Positions 45,959 to 55,336 of a DNA stretch of 64,000 nt are shown here, in pieces (position 1 is the stretch's first letter; every line of letters starts with the position of its first letter). Below the pieces are notes generated by a model, which was not told the DNA's origin, did no database searches, and worked only from the letters and a program-made list of their open reading frames with translations. The translations under genes and the position numbers were made by a program. The stretch is from Acidimicrobiia bacterium (lineage in GTDB: Bacteria; Actinomycetota; Acidimicrobiia; Spongiisociales; ZC4RG35), in NCBI GenBank assembly GCA_965203555.1, contig CBDBCY010000004.1, positions 2,976,001 through 3,040,000 on the forward strand, in the 5' to 3' direction.

Positions 45959-47590
45959 ATGATTGAGAACCAGCCAGAGACCACCTCCGGGGTCCCGCTC
46001 AAACTGCTGTACGGGCCGGAGGATGTCCCACCCGGGATCAGGGAGGCGCTCGACGCTCCCCCGGGTCGGGCGCCCTATCTGCGGGGGGCCTATCCGCGGA
46101 TGTACCGCGACCGGGCGTGGAGAATCTTTCAACTTTCTGGATACGGCAACCCCGAGGACATGAACGAGCGGCTCAAGTTTCTCCTGTTCGAAGCGGGTGA
46201 GACCGGGATCATCATCAAGCACGACCGGATGACCGACGATCATCTCTACGACGTCGACCACCCCGAGATCGTGGAGAGGCGAGAGGACGTGGGCCTGACC
46301 GGCACGGTCACGGTCGGCCTGCGGGACTACGAGACCATCCTCTCGGGCCTGCCCCTCGAGTCCATCTACGCCAAGCCGGGAGGAGGGGTCCCCCAATCGG
46401 CGGTGTACACGCTTCCCTCCTACTGGTCGGTGGCCAGCCGCCGGGGGATACCGCTCGAGAAGCTGGCGGGGACCGGACAGAGCGACTTCTTCCTCACCTA
46501 CCTGGGGTGTCCCACCAAGGAGCAGATCCCGCCCGAGGCGGCCATCCGCTTCAACCTGGATCTGATCGAATGGTGCTCCGAGCGCATGCCCCGCTGGGTG
46601 CCGGTCTCGGTCGCCGGCTACAACGCGGCGGACAGCGGGCTGTCGGCCCACCAGGAGTTGGGGGCGGTGATGGCCAACGCCGTCCAGTACCTGGACATGA
46701 TCGCCGCCCGGGGGAAGGTGGATGTGGAGCGGCTGGCTCACCGGATCGGAGGGGTCAATTTCCGGGTCTCCATGGAGGTGTTCGAGGACGCCGCCAAGCT
46801 CCGGGCGGCCCGCAAGATGTGGTCGGACCTGCTCGAACAGCGTTACGGGATCACCGACGAGAAGGCCCGGCAGATGAGGATCCACGTGGTGACCGCCGGC
46901 AGCGCCATGACCTACCAGGAGCCCTTCAACAACATCGTGCGGGGCACCCTGATGGCGCTGTTCTCGGTGCTGGGGGGGACCCAGTCTCTGGGAGTGTCCG
47001 GATACGACGAGGCCATGTCGATTCCCTCCGACCATGCCCACCTGATGTCCATCCGCATCCAGCAGATACTCCAGAACGAGATAAACCTGCGGGAGGTGGC
47101 CGATCCGCTGGGCGGGAGCTTCTACATAGAGTCGCTGACCGGAGAACTGGAACAGCGGGGCTGGGAGTTCTTCGAGCAGATCCAGTCCCGGGGAGGGTTT
47201 CTGGCGGTGCTCGACGACGGGTTTCTGCTGGAGTGTGCCGAGGAGAACAACCAGCGGATCGCGGTGGGGATGGAGACCGGCGAGCGGGCCGTCGTCGGCG
47301 TCAACACCCACACCATCGACGATCCCATCATGGACGTGCAGGCCTTCGAGGGTCGGTCGGGGGCCCAAACCTGGGAGATGGCCATGGATCGTCTCTCCGA
47401 GTTGCGCCGCACCCGCCACCGGCGCGGGGCGATGGAGGCGCTCCACCATCTTGAAACCGTGTGCCGCAACGACTCGGTGAACGCCATACCGGCGTTTATG
47501 GAAGCGGTGAGCGCCGATGCCTCCATCGGGGAGATAGGGGACGTGTTGAGGGAGACTTTCGGAGACTGGCAGGCGCCGATCAGTGTCTGA
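45959..47590 (+). CDS. B12-dependent acyl-CoA mutase, large subunit with atypical active site
   Basis: TTSGVPLKLLYGP, PYLRGAYPRMY, AKLRAARKMW, QEPFNNIVR, VLGGTQSL, ADPLGGSFYIESLT, VVGVN. Confidence 0.92.
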   Translation: MIENQPETTSGVPLKLLYGPEDVPPGIREALDAPPGRAPYLRGAYPRMYRDRAWRIFQLSGYGNPEDMNERLKFLLFEAGETGIIIKHDRMTDDHLYDVDHPEIVERREDVGLTGTVTVGLRDYETILSGLPLESIYAKPGGGVPQSAVYTLPSYWSVASRRGIPLEKLAGTGQSDFFLTYLGCPTKEQIPPEAAIRFNLDLIEWCSERMPRWVPVSVAGYNAADSGLSAHQELGAVMANAVQYLDMIAARGKVDVERLAHRIGGVNFRVSMEVFEDAAKLRAARKMWSDLLEQRYGITDEKARQMRIHVVTAGSAMTYQEPFNNIVRGTLMALFSVLGGTQSLGVSGYDEAMSIPSDHAHLMSIRIQQILQNEINLREVADPLGGSFYIESLTGELEQRGWEFFEQIQSRGGFLAVLDDGFLLECAEENNQRIAVGMETGERAVVGVNTHTIDDPIMDVQAFEGRSGAQTWEMAMDRLSELRRTRHRRGAMEALHHLETVCRNDSVNAIPAFMEAVSADASIGEIGDVLRETFGDWQAPISV

Positions 47591-48002
47591 CTATTCGCAG
47601 CCCCCTGCCCGGGTTCTGGTTGCTAAGAGCAGCCTGGACGGCCATTGGCGGGGTGTGGCGGTGGTCTCCCGGGCCCTTCGGGAAGCGGGCTTCGAGGTGA
47701 TCCTGGGCGGGATGCTCCGCCCCAGCGAGATCGCCGGCGTTGCGGCGGCCGAGGACGTCGACCTGGTGGGGATAAATGTGGGCGGCCGGGTGGAGGTGGT
47801 GGAGAGGGCATTGGACGAGATGGAATCGGCGGGAGTGGGGGACATCCCGGTGTTCGTGGGGGGAACGGTTCCTCCCCAGGCCATCCCCCGCCTGACCGAC
47901 CGGGGAGTGGAGGTTTTTCCGCCCGGAAGTTCACTGGGCGTCATCGTTGACTCGGCCCGCCGTCTCACAGGACGAAACATTCCTCCTGGCGGACTTTCGT
48001 AG
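47583..48002 (+). CDS. Cobalamin-binding small subunit of the mutase
   Basis: LDGHWRG (DxHxxG), LREAGFEVI, VFVGG, VFPPG; overlaps the large-subunit stop. Confidence 0.92.
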   Translation: MSDYSQPPARVLVAKSSLDGHWRGVAVVSRALREAGFEVILGGMLRPSEIAGVAAAEDVDLVGINVGGRVEVVERALDEMESAGVGDIPVFVGGTVPPQAIPRLTDRGVEVFPPGSSLGVIVDSARRLTGRNIPPGGLS

Positions 48003-48056
48003 CGCCTATCCTGGTATTTTAACGGCTAAATCCCCGCTAGAGCAGGAGAAACTCCA

Positions 48057-49787
48057 ATGGTGATGACCCCGAGCGAAGCCTTGGTCGAGACTCTTCGGAC
48101 CGAGGGCGTGACTGACGTGCCGGGAATTGTCGGATCGGCTTTCATGGACGCGCTCGATCTCTTTCCCGCGGCCGGTATCCGATTCTTATCGGTTCGCCAC
48201 GAGCAGAACGCAGCTCATATGGCCGACACCTACGCCCGGGCCACCGGACGCCCCTCGGTATGCACCGCTCAGAACGGCCCCGGCATCACCAACATGGTCA
48301 CCGGTATCGCCGCAGCCTATCACGCCCACTCTCCGGTGGTGATCATCACCCCCTCGGCCACCTCCGGCTCGGTGGGGCTGGATGGCTTCCAAGAGGTGGA
48401 GCAACTGTCCATCTTCCGCAGCATCACCAAATTCCAGTTGCAGGTTCCCCGTCCCGACCGGATGGCCGAGTCCATGAGGACCGCCTTCCGGATGGCGATG
48501 GCCCATCTGGGTCCCGTACAAGTCGACGTTCCCCGGGACTTTTTCTACGGCGAGTCCCGCGAGCAGGTCCTTTCTCCCAACCAGTATCGCTCCGAGGATC
48601 GGGGCGCCGGGGATCCGGCCCTGCTGGACCGGGCCGCCGCCATCCTCTCGGAAGCCCGCAACCCGGTGATCGTGGCCGGATACGGGGTAGTGCTGTCGGG
48701 CGCCTACGGGGAGACCGCCCGGTTGGCCGAGCAGCTCAGTGCCCCGGTGGCCACTTCCTATCTGCACAACGACGCCTTTCCCTACACCCACCCCCTGTCG
48801 GTGGGGCCCCTGGGTTACATGGGCTCCAAGGCCGCCATGGAACTTCTTTCCGAAGCCGATGTGGTCCTGATGCTGGGTTGCCGGATAAACGTATTCGGCA
48901 CCGTGCCCCAGTACGGGCTGGACTTCTATCCCCGTTCGGCCAAGGTGGTGCAGATCGATATCGACCCCGAGCAGTTGGGCCGCTCCAAGCCCATCGAGCT
49001 GGGAATCATCGCCGATGCCCGCCAGGCAGCCCGTGCCATTTCGGCCCGGTTGGCCGCTGCCGGGGACCGTCCGGTCGACCAGGCGCGGCTGCACCATGTC
49101 GCTGACGCCAAGGCCCGCTGGGAGAAGGAACTGTCTGCCCGCTCGGCCTCCGATTCCACTCCCATCAGTCCCCGCCGGGCGCTCGGTGAGCTGTCGGCCC
49201 AGCTCACCGACGACACGTTCGTCACCACCGACATCGGCAACATCTGCTCGGTCTCCAACGGCTACCTTCGCTTCACCAAACCGCGCCGGTTCATGGCCGC
49301 CATGGGATTCGGGAACTGCGGGTTCGCCTATCCGGGCGCGCTCGGGGCCAAGCTTGCCTCGCCCGGGTCCCCGGTGGTGGCCATCGTCGGGGACGGAGCG
49401 TGGGGGATGAGTCTCAACGAGGTGATGACCGCGGTGGAGGAAGACCTGCCGGTGACGGCGGTGGTCTTCAACAACCAGCAGTGGGGAGCGGAGAAGCGCA
49501 ACCAGATCGACTTCTACGACGATCGCTTCGTGGGCACCAACATCGGACACCGGTTGGGAGGGTTCCACTTCGCCGACATCGCTACCGCCATGGGTGGGCG
49601 GGGAATCAGGGTAACCGACCCCGCCGATCTCAAGGACGCCTTCGGGGATGCGATCGATCCCGAGGTGGCTACCGTGGTGGAGGTGATGGTCGACCCCGAG
49701 GAGTTGGCCGAGCCCTTCCGCCGGGACGCTCTGCAGCAGCCGGTGCGGCACTTGGAGCGCTACCGGCATCTGGCCGCCAAGATTTAG
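48057..49787 (+). CDS. xsc: Sulfoacetaldehyde acetyltransferase
   Basis: MTPSEALVETL, GIVGSAFMDALDLFPAAGIRF, QNGPGITN, TDIGNICS, GDGAWGMS, WGAEKRNQIDFY, EPFRRDAL. Confidence 0.92.
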   Translation: MVMTPSEALVETLRTEGVTDVPGIVGSAFMDALDLFPAAGIRFLSVRHEQNAAHMADTYARATGRPSVCTAQNGPGITNMVTGIAAAYHAHSPVVIITPSATSGSVGLDGFQEVEQLSIFRSITKFQLQVPRPDRMAESMRTAFRMAMAHLGPVQVDVPRDFFYGESREQVLSPNQYRSEDRGAGDPALLDRAAAILSEARNPVIVAGYGVVLSGAYGETARLAEQLSAPVATSYLHNDAFPYTHPLSVGPLGYMGSKAAMELLSEADVVLMLGCRINVFGTVPQYGLDFYPRSAKVVQIDIDPEQLGRSKPIELGIIADARQAARAISARLAAAGDRPVDQARLHHVADAKARWEKELSARSASDSTPISPRRALGELSAQLTDDTFVTTDIGNICSVSNGYLRFTKPRRFMAAMGFGNCGFAYPGALGAKLASPGSPVVAIVGDGAWGMSLNEVMTAVEEDLPVTAVVFNNQQWGAEKRNQIDFYDDRFVGTNIGHRLGGFHFADIATAMGGRGIRVTDPADLKDAFGDAIDPEVATVVEVMVDPEELAEPFRRDALQQPVRHLERYRHLAAKI

Positions 49788-49804
49788 ATGAGGAGAATGT
49801 TCAC

Positions 49805-51145
49805 ATGACCACCACTGTCACGACCAACGCCTTGGCACACACGGCCCTGCACTTCACTCCGGGAGCGCTGTGGCGAAGCGGAGGCGCCCCGACCTGGGTC
49901 AGAGGAGAGGGAATCCGTATCTGGGACCAGGACGGGAACTCCTACATCGACGGTCTGGCCGGTTTGTTCTCCGTCCAGATCGGCCACGGCCGGGCGGACA
50001 TCGCCGCCGCCGCCGGCGAGCAGATGAAGACCCTTGCCTACATGCCTTCCTGGTCGGCCACCACCCCGGTCACCATCGAGGCGTCCAACATGATCGCTTC
50101 TCTGGCGCCGGGCGACCTGGATGTTGTGTTCCTGGTCTCTTCCGGCTCCGAGGCGGTGGAGTCAGCCATCAAATTCTCCCGCCAGTACCACTCTGCTCGC
50201 AACGAACCCCGCCGTGTGAAGGTGATCAGCCGCCACCTGTCCTATCACGGGACCACCATGGGCGCCCTGTCGGCCACCGGCCTGCCGGGCATCCGGGAGG
50301 CCTACGGTCCGCTGCTGTACGGATTTCGAAAGGTCCCCAACACCTTGGGCTTCGACGACGGGGTGGAGGCGGCGTCCCGGGTGGAGCAGGCCATTGTCGA
50401 GGAGGGCCCCGAGACGGTGGCGATGGTGCTGGCCGAGCCGGTTCAGAACGGGGGCGGCGCCATCGTTCCTCCCGCCGGATACTGGCAGGAACTGCGACGC
50501 ATCTGCGACAAGTACGGGGTGCTGCTGTGCGCCGACGAGGTGATCAACGGATTCGGCCGTCTGGGAGAGTGGTTCGGTGCGGGGCTGATGGGCGTGGTGC
50601 CCGATCTGATCACCTTCGCCAAGGGCGCCACCTCTTCCTACGCGCCGATCGGAGGACTCCTGATCCGCCGGTCCGTCTTCGAGGAACTGATGGATTCCCA
50701 TATCGGCACCTTCAACCACGGCGCCACCTGGGGTGGCCATGCGGTGGTGGCCGCCACCGCGGTCGCCAACCTGACCGCCCTCCGCGACGAGGATGTGGTG
50801 GGCAACGTTCGGAACCTGGGCGGATACTTCCGGGAACAGTTGGAGCGGATGGCCGCCGGGCACCGGATGGTAAGCGATATACGGGGGACCGGGTTCTTCT
50901 ATGCGGTGGAGTTGACCGCCGACCGGGAGACGGGACGGCGATTGACCTCCGAACAGGCGGACGTTCTGTTGAAGCAGACCCTGCCTCCCATCATGATGGA
51001 TGCCGGTCTCTACACCCGAGCCGATGACCGGGGAGAACCCAAAATCCTCCTCTGCCCGCCTCTGATCTCCACCCGTTCGGACATCGACGACATGGTGTCG
51101 ATGGTCGACCGGACCCTGGAGAAGGTCGGCGGCATGGACTGGTGA
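49805..51145 (+). CDS. Class III aminotransferase, probably taurine:pyruvate aminotransferase-like
   Basis: SGSEAVE, SYHGTT, DEVINGFGRLG, ITFAKG (PLP lysine), HGATWGGH; directly after xsc. Confidence 0.85.
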   Translation: MTTTVTTNALAHTALHFTPGALWRSGGAPTWVRGEGIRIWDQDGNSYIDGLAGLFSVQIGHGRADIAAAAGEQMKTLAYMPSWSATTPVTIEASNMIASLAPGDLDVVFLVSSGSEAVESAIKFSRQYHSARNEPRRVKVISRHLSYHGTTMGALSATGLPGIREAYGPLLYGFRKVPNTLGFDDGVEAASRVEQAIVEEGPETVAMVLAEPVQNGGGAIVPPAGYWQELRRICDKYGVLLCADEVINGFGRLGEWFGAGLMGVVPDLITFAKGATSSYAPIGGLLIRRSVFEELMDSHIGTFNHGATWGGHAVVAATAVANLTALRDEDVVGNVRNLGGYFREQLERMAAGHRMVSDIRGTGFFYAVELTADRETGRRLTSEQADVLLKQTLPPIMMDAGLYTRADDRGEPKILLCPPLISTRSDIDDMVSMVDRTLEKVGGMDW

Positions 51146-51225
51146 CCGCACTCCCGATACGATTCGTAATACACGTTTAGATACGATTTGTTGAATAGGT
51201 TGAATAGTCAGGGGGAGCCGTCTTC

Positions 51226-52776
51226 ATGAGCATCACCAACATCGCCGGTGTCGCCCGGCATCATGCCGCCGTACAACCGGACAAGACCGCCCTGGTCTAT
51301 GGATCGGAAGAAATCACCTTCGCAGAACTGGACGCTCGTTCTAGCCGCGCCGCCAACGCCATGGCCGCGGCCGGGGTGGGCCACGGAGACCATGTGGGTT
51401 TCCTGGACAAGAACTGCATGGAGTTCTTCGACTTCTTGTTCGGGGCGGCGAAGCTGGGAGCGGTCCACGCCGGCATCAACTGGCGGCTTGCTCCCCGGGA
51501 GATCACCGGGGTGGTCAACGATGCCGAGATCAAACTGTTGATCGTCGGTGAGGAGTACGTTCCCGTTCTGGACGAGATCGTCGGCGACCTCCAGACGGTC
51601 GAGAAGATACTGGTGGTGGGTGACCACGATACCCACCAGTCCTTCGAGGAGTGGCGGGACAGCCATCCCTCCGACGATCCCGGAGGAGGCGCCGAGGGAG
51701 ACGACACCGTGTTCCTGCTGTACTCCTCGGGCACCACCGGGTTTCCCAAGGGGGTGATGATCCCCAACGACGCCTTCATGGAGTTGAAGCGGGCCTGCTC
51801 GCCGATGTGGGGCTTCGACGGCGACTCGGTGAACCTGGTCAACCTTCCCATGTTTCACATCGGAGGGGTGGGATGGTCGTGTCTGGGGTTGTACAACGGC
51901 AACACCTCGATCGTCGCCCGGGACAACATCCCGCAACTCCTGGTGGATCTCACCGTGAGCCACCGGGTCACCAACGCCTTCCTGGTCCCGGTGCTGCTCC
52001 AGTTCATGCTGACGGTGCCGGGTGTGGATGACGCGGATTTCTCGGCGCTGAAAACCATCGTCTACGGCGGGTCTCCCATTTCTGAAGAGGTGCTCAACAA
52101 GTCGATCGAGGTGCTGGGATGCGAATTCGCCGGCGCCTACGGTCTCACCGAGTCCTGCAACGGGGTCACCACACTGTTCCCGGACGAGCATGACCCGGGC
52201 GGTCCCTACGCCTACCGGATGCTGTCGGTGGGCCGCCCTCATCCCAACGTGGAACTCATGATCGTCGACCCGGTCTCGACCGAACCGCTGGGAGTCGACG
52301 AGGTGGGCGAGATCTGGCTGCGATCTGCGCAGTTGATGAGCGGTTACTGGAAGAATCCTGAGGCCACCGCCGAAACCGTCAATGCCGAGGGGTGGATGCG
52401 CACCGGTGACGCAGGGTCGGTCGACGCCGACGGGTACGTCTACATCCGGGACCGCATCAAGGACATGATCATCTCCGGTGGTGAGAACATCTATCCGGCC
52501 GAAGTGGAGAACGCTCTGATGGAACATCCCGGGATAGCGGATGTGGCGGTGATCGGGGTCCCGAGCGCCAAGTGGGGCGAGACGCCCCGGGCGGTCATCG
52601 TCGCCACCGGGGACGAGGCGCCGACCGAAGCCGAGATCATCGAGTTCTGCCGCAGCAGGATCGCCCACTACAAGTGCCCGAGTTCGGTGGGGACCATCGA
52701 CGCGATTCCCCGCAACCCGTCCGGGAAGATCCTCAAGGGCGATCTGCGGGACATGTACCTGGCCGAACAGGCCTAG
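51226..52776 (+). CDS. Long-chain acyl-CoA ligase (AMP-binding)
   Basis: YSSGTTGFPKG, YGLTE, RTGD, DRIKDMIISGGENIYPAEVE, NPSGKILK. Confidence 0.92.
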   Translation: MSITNIAGVARHHAAVQPDKTALVYGSEEITFAELDARSSRAANAMAAAGVGHGDHVGFLDKNCMEFFDFLFGAAKLGAVHAGINWRLAPREITGVVNDAEIKLLIVGEEYVPVLDEIVGDLQTVEKILVVGDHDTHQSFEEWRDSHPSDDPGGGAEGDDTVFLLYSSGTTGFPKGVMIPNDAFMELKRACSPMWGFDGDSVNLVNLPMFHIGGVGWSCLGLYNGNTSIVARDNIPQLLVDLTVSHRVTNAFLVPVLLQFMLTVPGVDDADFSALKTIVYGGSPISEEVLNKSIEVLGCEFAGAYGLTESCNGVTTLFPDEHDPGGPYAYRMLSVGRPHPNVELMIVDPVSTEPLGVDEVGEIWLRSAQLMSGYWKNPEATAETVNAEGWMRTGDAGSVDADGYVYIRDRIKDMIISGGENIYPAEVENALMEHPGIADVAVIGVPSAKWGETPRAVIVATGDEAPTEAEIIEFCRSRIAHYKCPSSVGTIDAIPRNPSGKILKGDLRDMYLAEQA

Positions 52777-52788
52777 GGGAGCGGCGTT

Positions 52789-53706
52789 ATGCATCTGGGA
52801 GTGGTTTTCCCCCAGGTGGAGGTTGAGGCCGACCCGACCTTCGTGCGGGATTGGACGGAGACCGCCGAAGGCCTGGGCTACGACTCGATCCTCGCCTACG
52901 AGCATGTGTTGGGCGCCGACCCGTCCCGTCATACCCTGGTCGGTCCCTACACCCACGAAGACCCCTTTCACGAGCCTTTCGTGTTGTTCGGGTTCATGGC
53001 CGGGATCACCACCAGTATCGAGTTGTGGATGGGAGTGCTGGTGCTGCCGCAGCGGCAGACCGCCCTGGTGGCCAAGCAGGCGGCGACCCTGGACATCCTT
53101 TCGGGGGAGCGTTTCACCCTGGGGGTTGGTGTGGGTTGGAACCAGGTGGAATACCAGGTGCTGGGCCAGGATTTCAGCACACGGGGCCGACGGTTCGAAG
53201 AGCAGATCATGCTCCTGCGAGACCTTTGGGAGAACGATTTGGTCACCTTCGACGGTGAGTTCGATGAGGTAATGGCGGCCGGGATCAACCATCGCCCAAA
53301 CCGGCGTATCCCGCTGTGGATAGGGGGGTGGGCCGACCCGGTACTGAGGCGGATCGGTTACTGGGCGGACGGTTGGCTGGCCTCGGCCGGTTCTCCCAAG
53401 ACCGCTCACCTTCCCGATCGGACGGGCAACCCGGTGGGCTTGCGCAACCGGATGAGATTGGTGGAGACCGCCGCCCGGGAAAAGGACCGGGATCCCGCCG
53501 AGATCGGGGTGGGGATGCTCATCGGCGACGTGGGTTTCGAGGGGCTGGTCTCCTGGGATCCCGCCGAGTTCGCCCATCGCACCAGGGTGTGGACAGACGC
53601 CGGGGTGACCCATGCTTTCTTGGGAACGATCGGCCTGGACTTCACCCCCGGCCGGCACATCGCCGCCATGGAGGAATTCATGACGGAATACCGCAACGGC
53701 GGGTGA
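52789..53706 (+). CDS. LLM-class F420-dependent oxidoreductase
   Basis: AEGLGYDSILAYEHV, HEPFVLFG, VLVLPQRQTALVAKQAA, GVGVGWN. Confidence 0.88.
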   Translation: MHLGVVFPQVEVEADPTFVRDWTETAEGLGYDSILAYEHVLGADPSRHTLVGPYTHEDPFHEPFVLFGFMAGITTSIELWMGVLVLPQRQTALVAKQAATLDILSGERFTLGVGVGWNQVEYQVLGQDFSTRGRRFEEQIMLLRDLWENDLVTFDGEFDEVMAAGINHRPNRRIPLWIGGWADPVLRRIGYWADGWLASAGSPKTAHLPDRTGNPVGLRNRMRLVETAAREKDRDPAEIGVGMLIGDVGFEGLVSWDPAEFAHRTRVWTDAGVTHAFLGTIGLDFTPGRHIAAMEEFMTEYRNGG

Positions 53707-53744
53707 TTGGTGGCCGCCGGCGCGGCGGATTACGGACCGGCCGG

Positions 53745-54732
53745 TCAGAAGTTCGGGGACAGTCCCGCCTCGCCCCGGTCGTCCATCGCCCGCTCCGAAC
53801 TGTGAATGCCTGTGTAGAGGTCGCGGTACTCCAGTGAGTCCTCGATAGCCTCGACCCGTCTGCGGATCTGACCGACGACGGCCGGCCCAGGCTGGAACTG
53901 TGCGGCGGTGTAATCAGCCACTGAGCAAGCTGCCGTGGTGATGGCTCTGAATTGCTCACCAGTGACCGTCGCGACGCGTTCGTAGCGGGCTTGCTGCTGC
54001 CAGTTGGCGAACTGCTCAAGCCCTACCGCCGCGATTCGCGTTTCTATCTGCGCCTTGTGGGATGCGGTGAGCTGGGAGACGAGCTTGCCAATGTCATGGC
54101 CCCCATGGTCGAGCGGTTGGCGCCCAAGCAAGACGAATCAGAGATTTCACGGCGGTCTCGACAGTGAGTTGCCCCGCGGCGCAGCCTAAAACGAGCCGAT
54201 GTTCAAACTCGGCGAAGGCGAGCATCGCGTCCCCCTCCTCCTCCAACTGCCGCTGGTAGAAAGAGGGCGTGAAGCTGGTTGCCAAGGTTCCGAGGGCACG
54301 TCCCATGTGGGACAATCGTTCCACCGATTCTTCGTAGTCGCTTCTGGGCATCACCATCTCTTTTTCCCAGTCGACTTTTGCCGGTTGGTTTTCTACGAGT
54401 ACCACCCCTTGCCTTTTTACGCGGCTCTCAAAGGAAGTCCGCACCTTCTCTGTCCGCATCTTCCATTCCGGCCAGTCCGTGACATGGATGTCCACGGCGC
54501 ATTCAACAGTAGAACTCGCAAGGCGGGCCAATCGTGCTGTGATCTCGTGTCGCCGGTAGTAATCGAGGTCGTCGTAGATAACCATCAGGTCGAGGTCGCT
54601 GTACCGATGAGCGTCGCCTCGCGCAACCGACCCGAACAATAAGATGCAACCGGCGCCAGTGTCGGCTAAGGCCTGGGCAGCCCGCTCAGCATCCGCCACA
54701 GTCGGAACGATCATCGGGTCAACGGTAACCAT
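53745..54732 (-). pseudogene. Nucleotidyltransferase-HEPN-like fusion interrupted by a +1 frameshift
   Basis: LLFGSVARG...SDLDL N-domain; ...VETAVKSLI...RPWG then HDIGKL...ARYE in the next frame; extra base in the C5 run at 54100-54104. Confidence 0.7.
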
Positions 54733-54904
54733 CAAACCCCCTCCTTCAGAACGGTTGCATCCGCCAGGCCCGAATTCTACCCAGCGCCCGCCCCGGTGGT
54801 AGGCCAGATCCGCATCCTCGGTCGACACCGGTGCGCCCTGTGTCTGAGCACCGCAACTCCCCCAGCATGACGAAGTCGATCTTTTGAGCTAGATTGAAGA
54901 GCAC

Positions 54905-55336
54905 ATGAAACAGATCCCGGTACTGGAAGGCGCATTCGTCTCCGATCCTGAGCCCGCCTTGGTGGGAAGCCGCTGCCGGTCCTGCGATACGGTGGCCTTC
55001 CCGGCCAGCTTTACCTGTCCCAATCCCCGCTGCATGCAAAAGGAGGTGGCGCCCGCCCCTCTTTCCCGCACCGGGCGGCTGGCCAGCTGGACTACCGTCC
55101 ACTTTCCGCCTCCGCCGCCCTTCGTTGCGCCCGATCCCTTCGTCCCGATCACAGTGGTGGAAGTGGAATTCGCCTCAGAGGGTATCCAGGTGGTGGGCCC
55201 TCTGGCCGGGGCCTCGGCCGATCAACTGGAGATGGGCATGCCGATGGAGACGGTGGTGGACTCCTACTACGCCGACAGCGATGGAGAAGTGATCGGCTGG
55301 AAGTTCCGGCCCATGGAGGCGAGCAACGATGACTGA
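54905..55336 (+). CDS. Zn-ribbon/OB-fold (DUF35-like) thiolase partner
   Basis: CRSC...CPNPRC, GRLASWT, GMPME; precedes the thiolase. Confidence 0.88.
   Translation: MKQIPVLEGAFVSDPEPALVGSRCRSCDTVAFPASFTCPNPRCMQKEVAPAPLSRTGRLASWTTVHFPPPPPFVAPDPFVPITVVEVEFASEGIQVVGPLAGASADQLEMGMPMETVVDSYYADSDGEVIGWKFRPMEASNDD

Noticed and set aside
45959-47590. Canonical methylmalonyl-CoA mutase call
   Set aside because: The Tyr89, Arg207 and His244 equivalents appear substituted.
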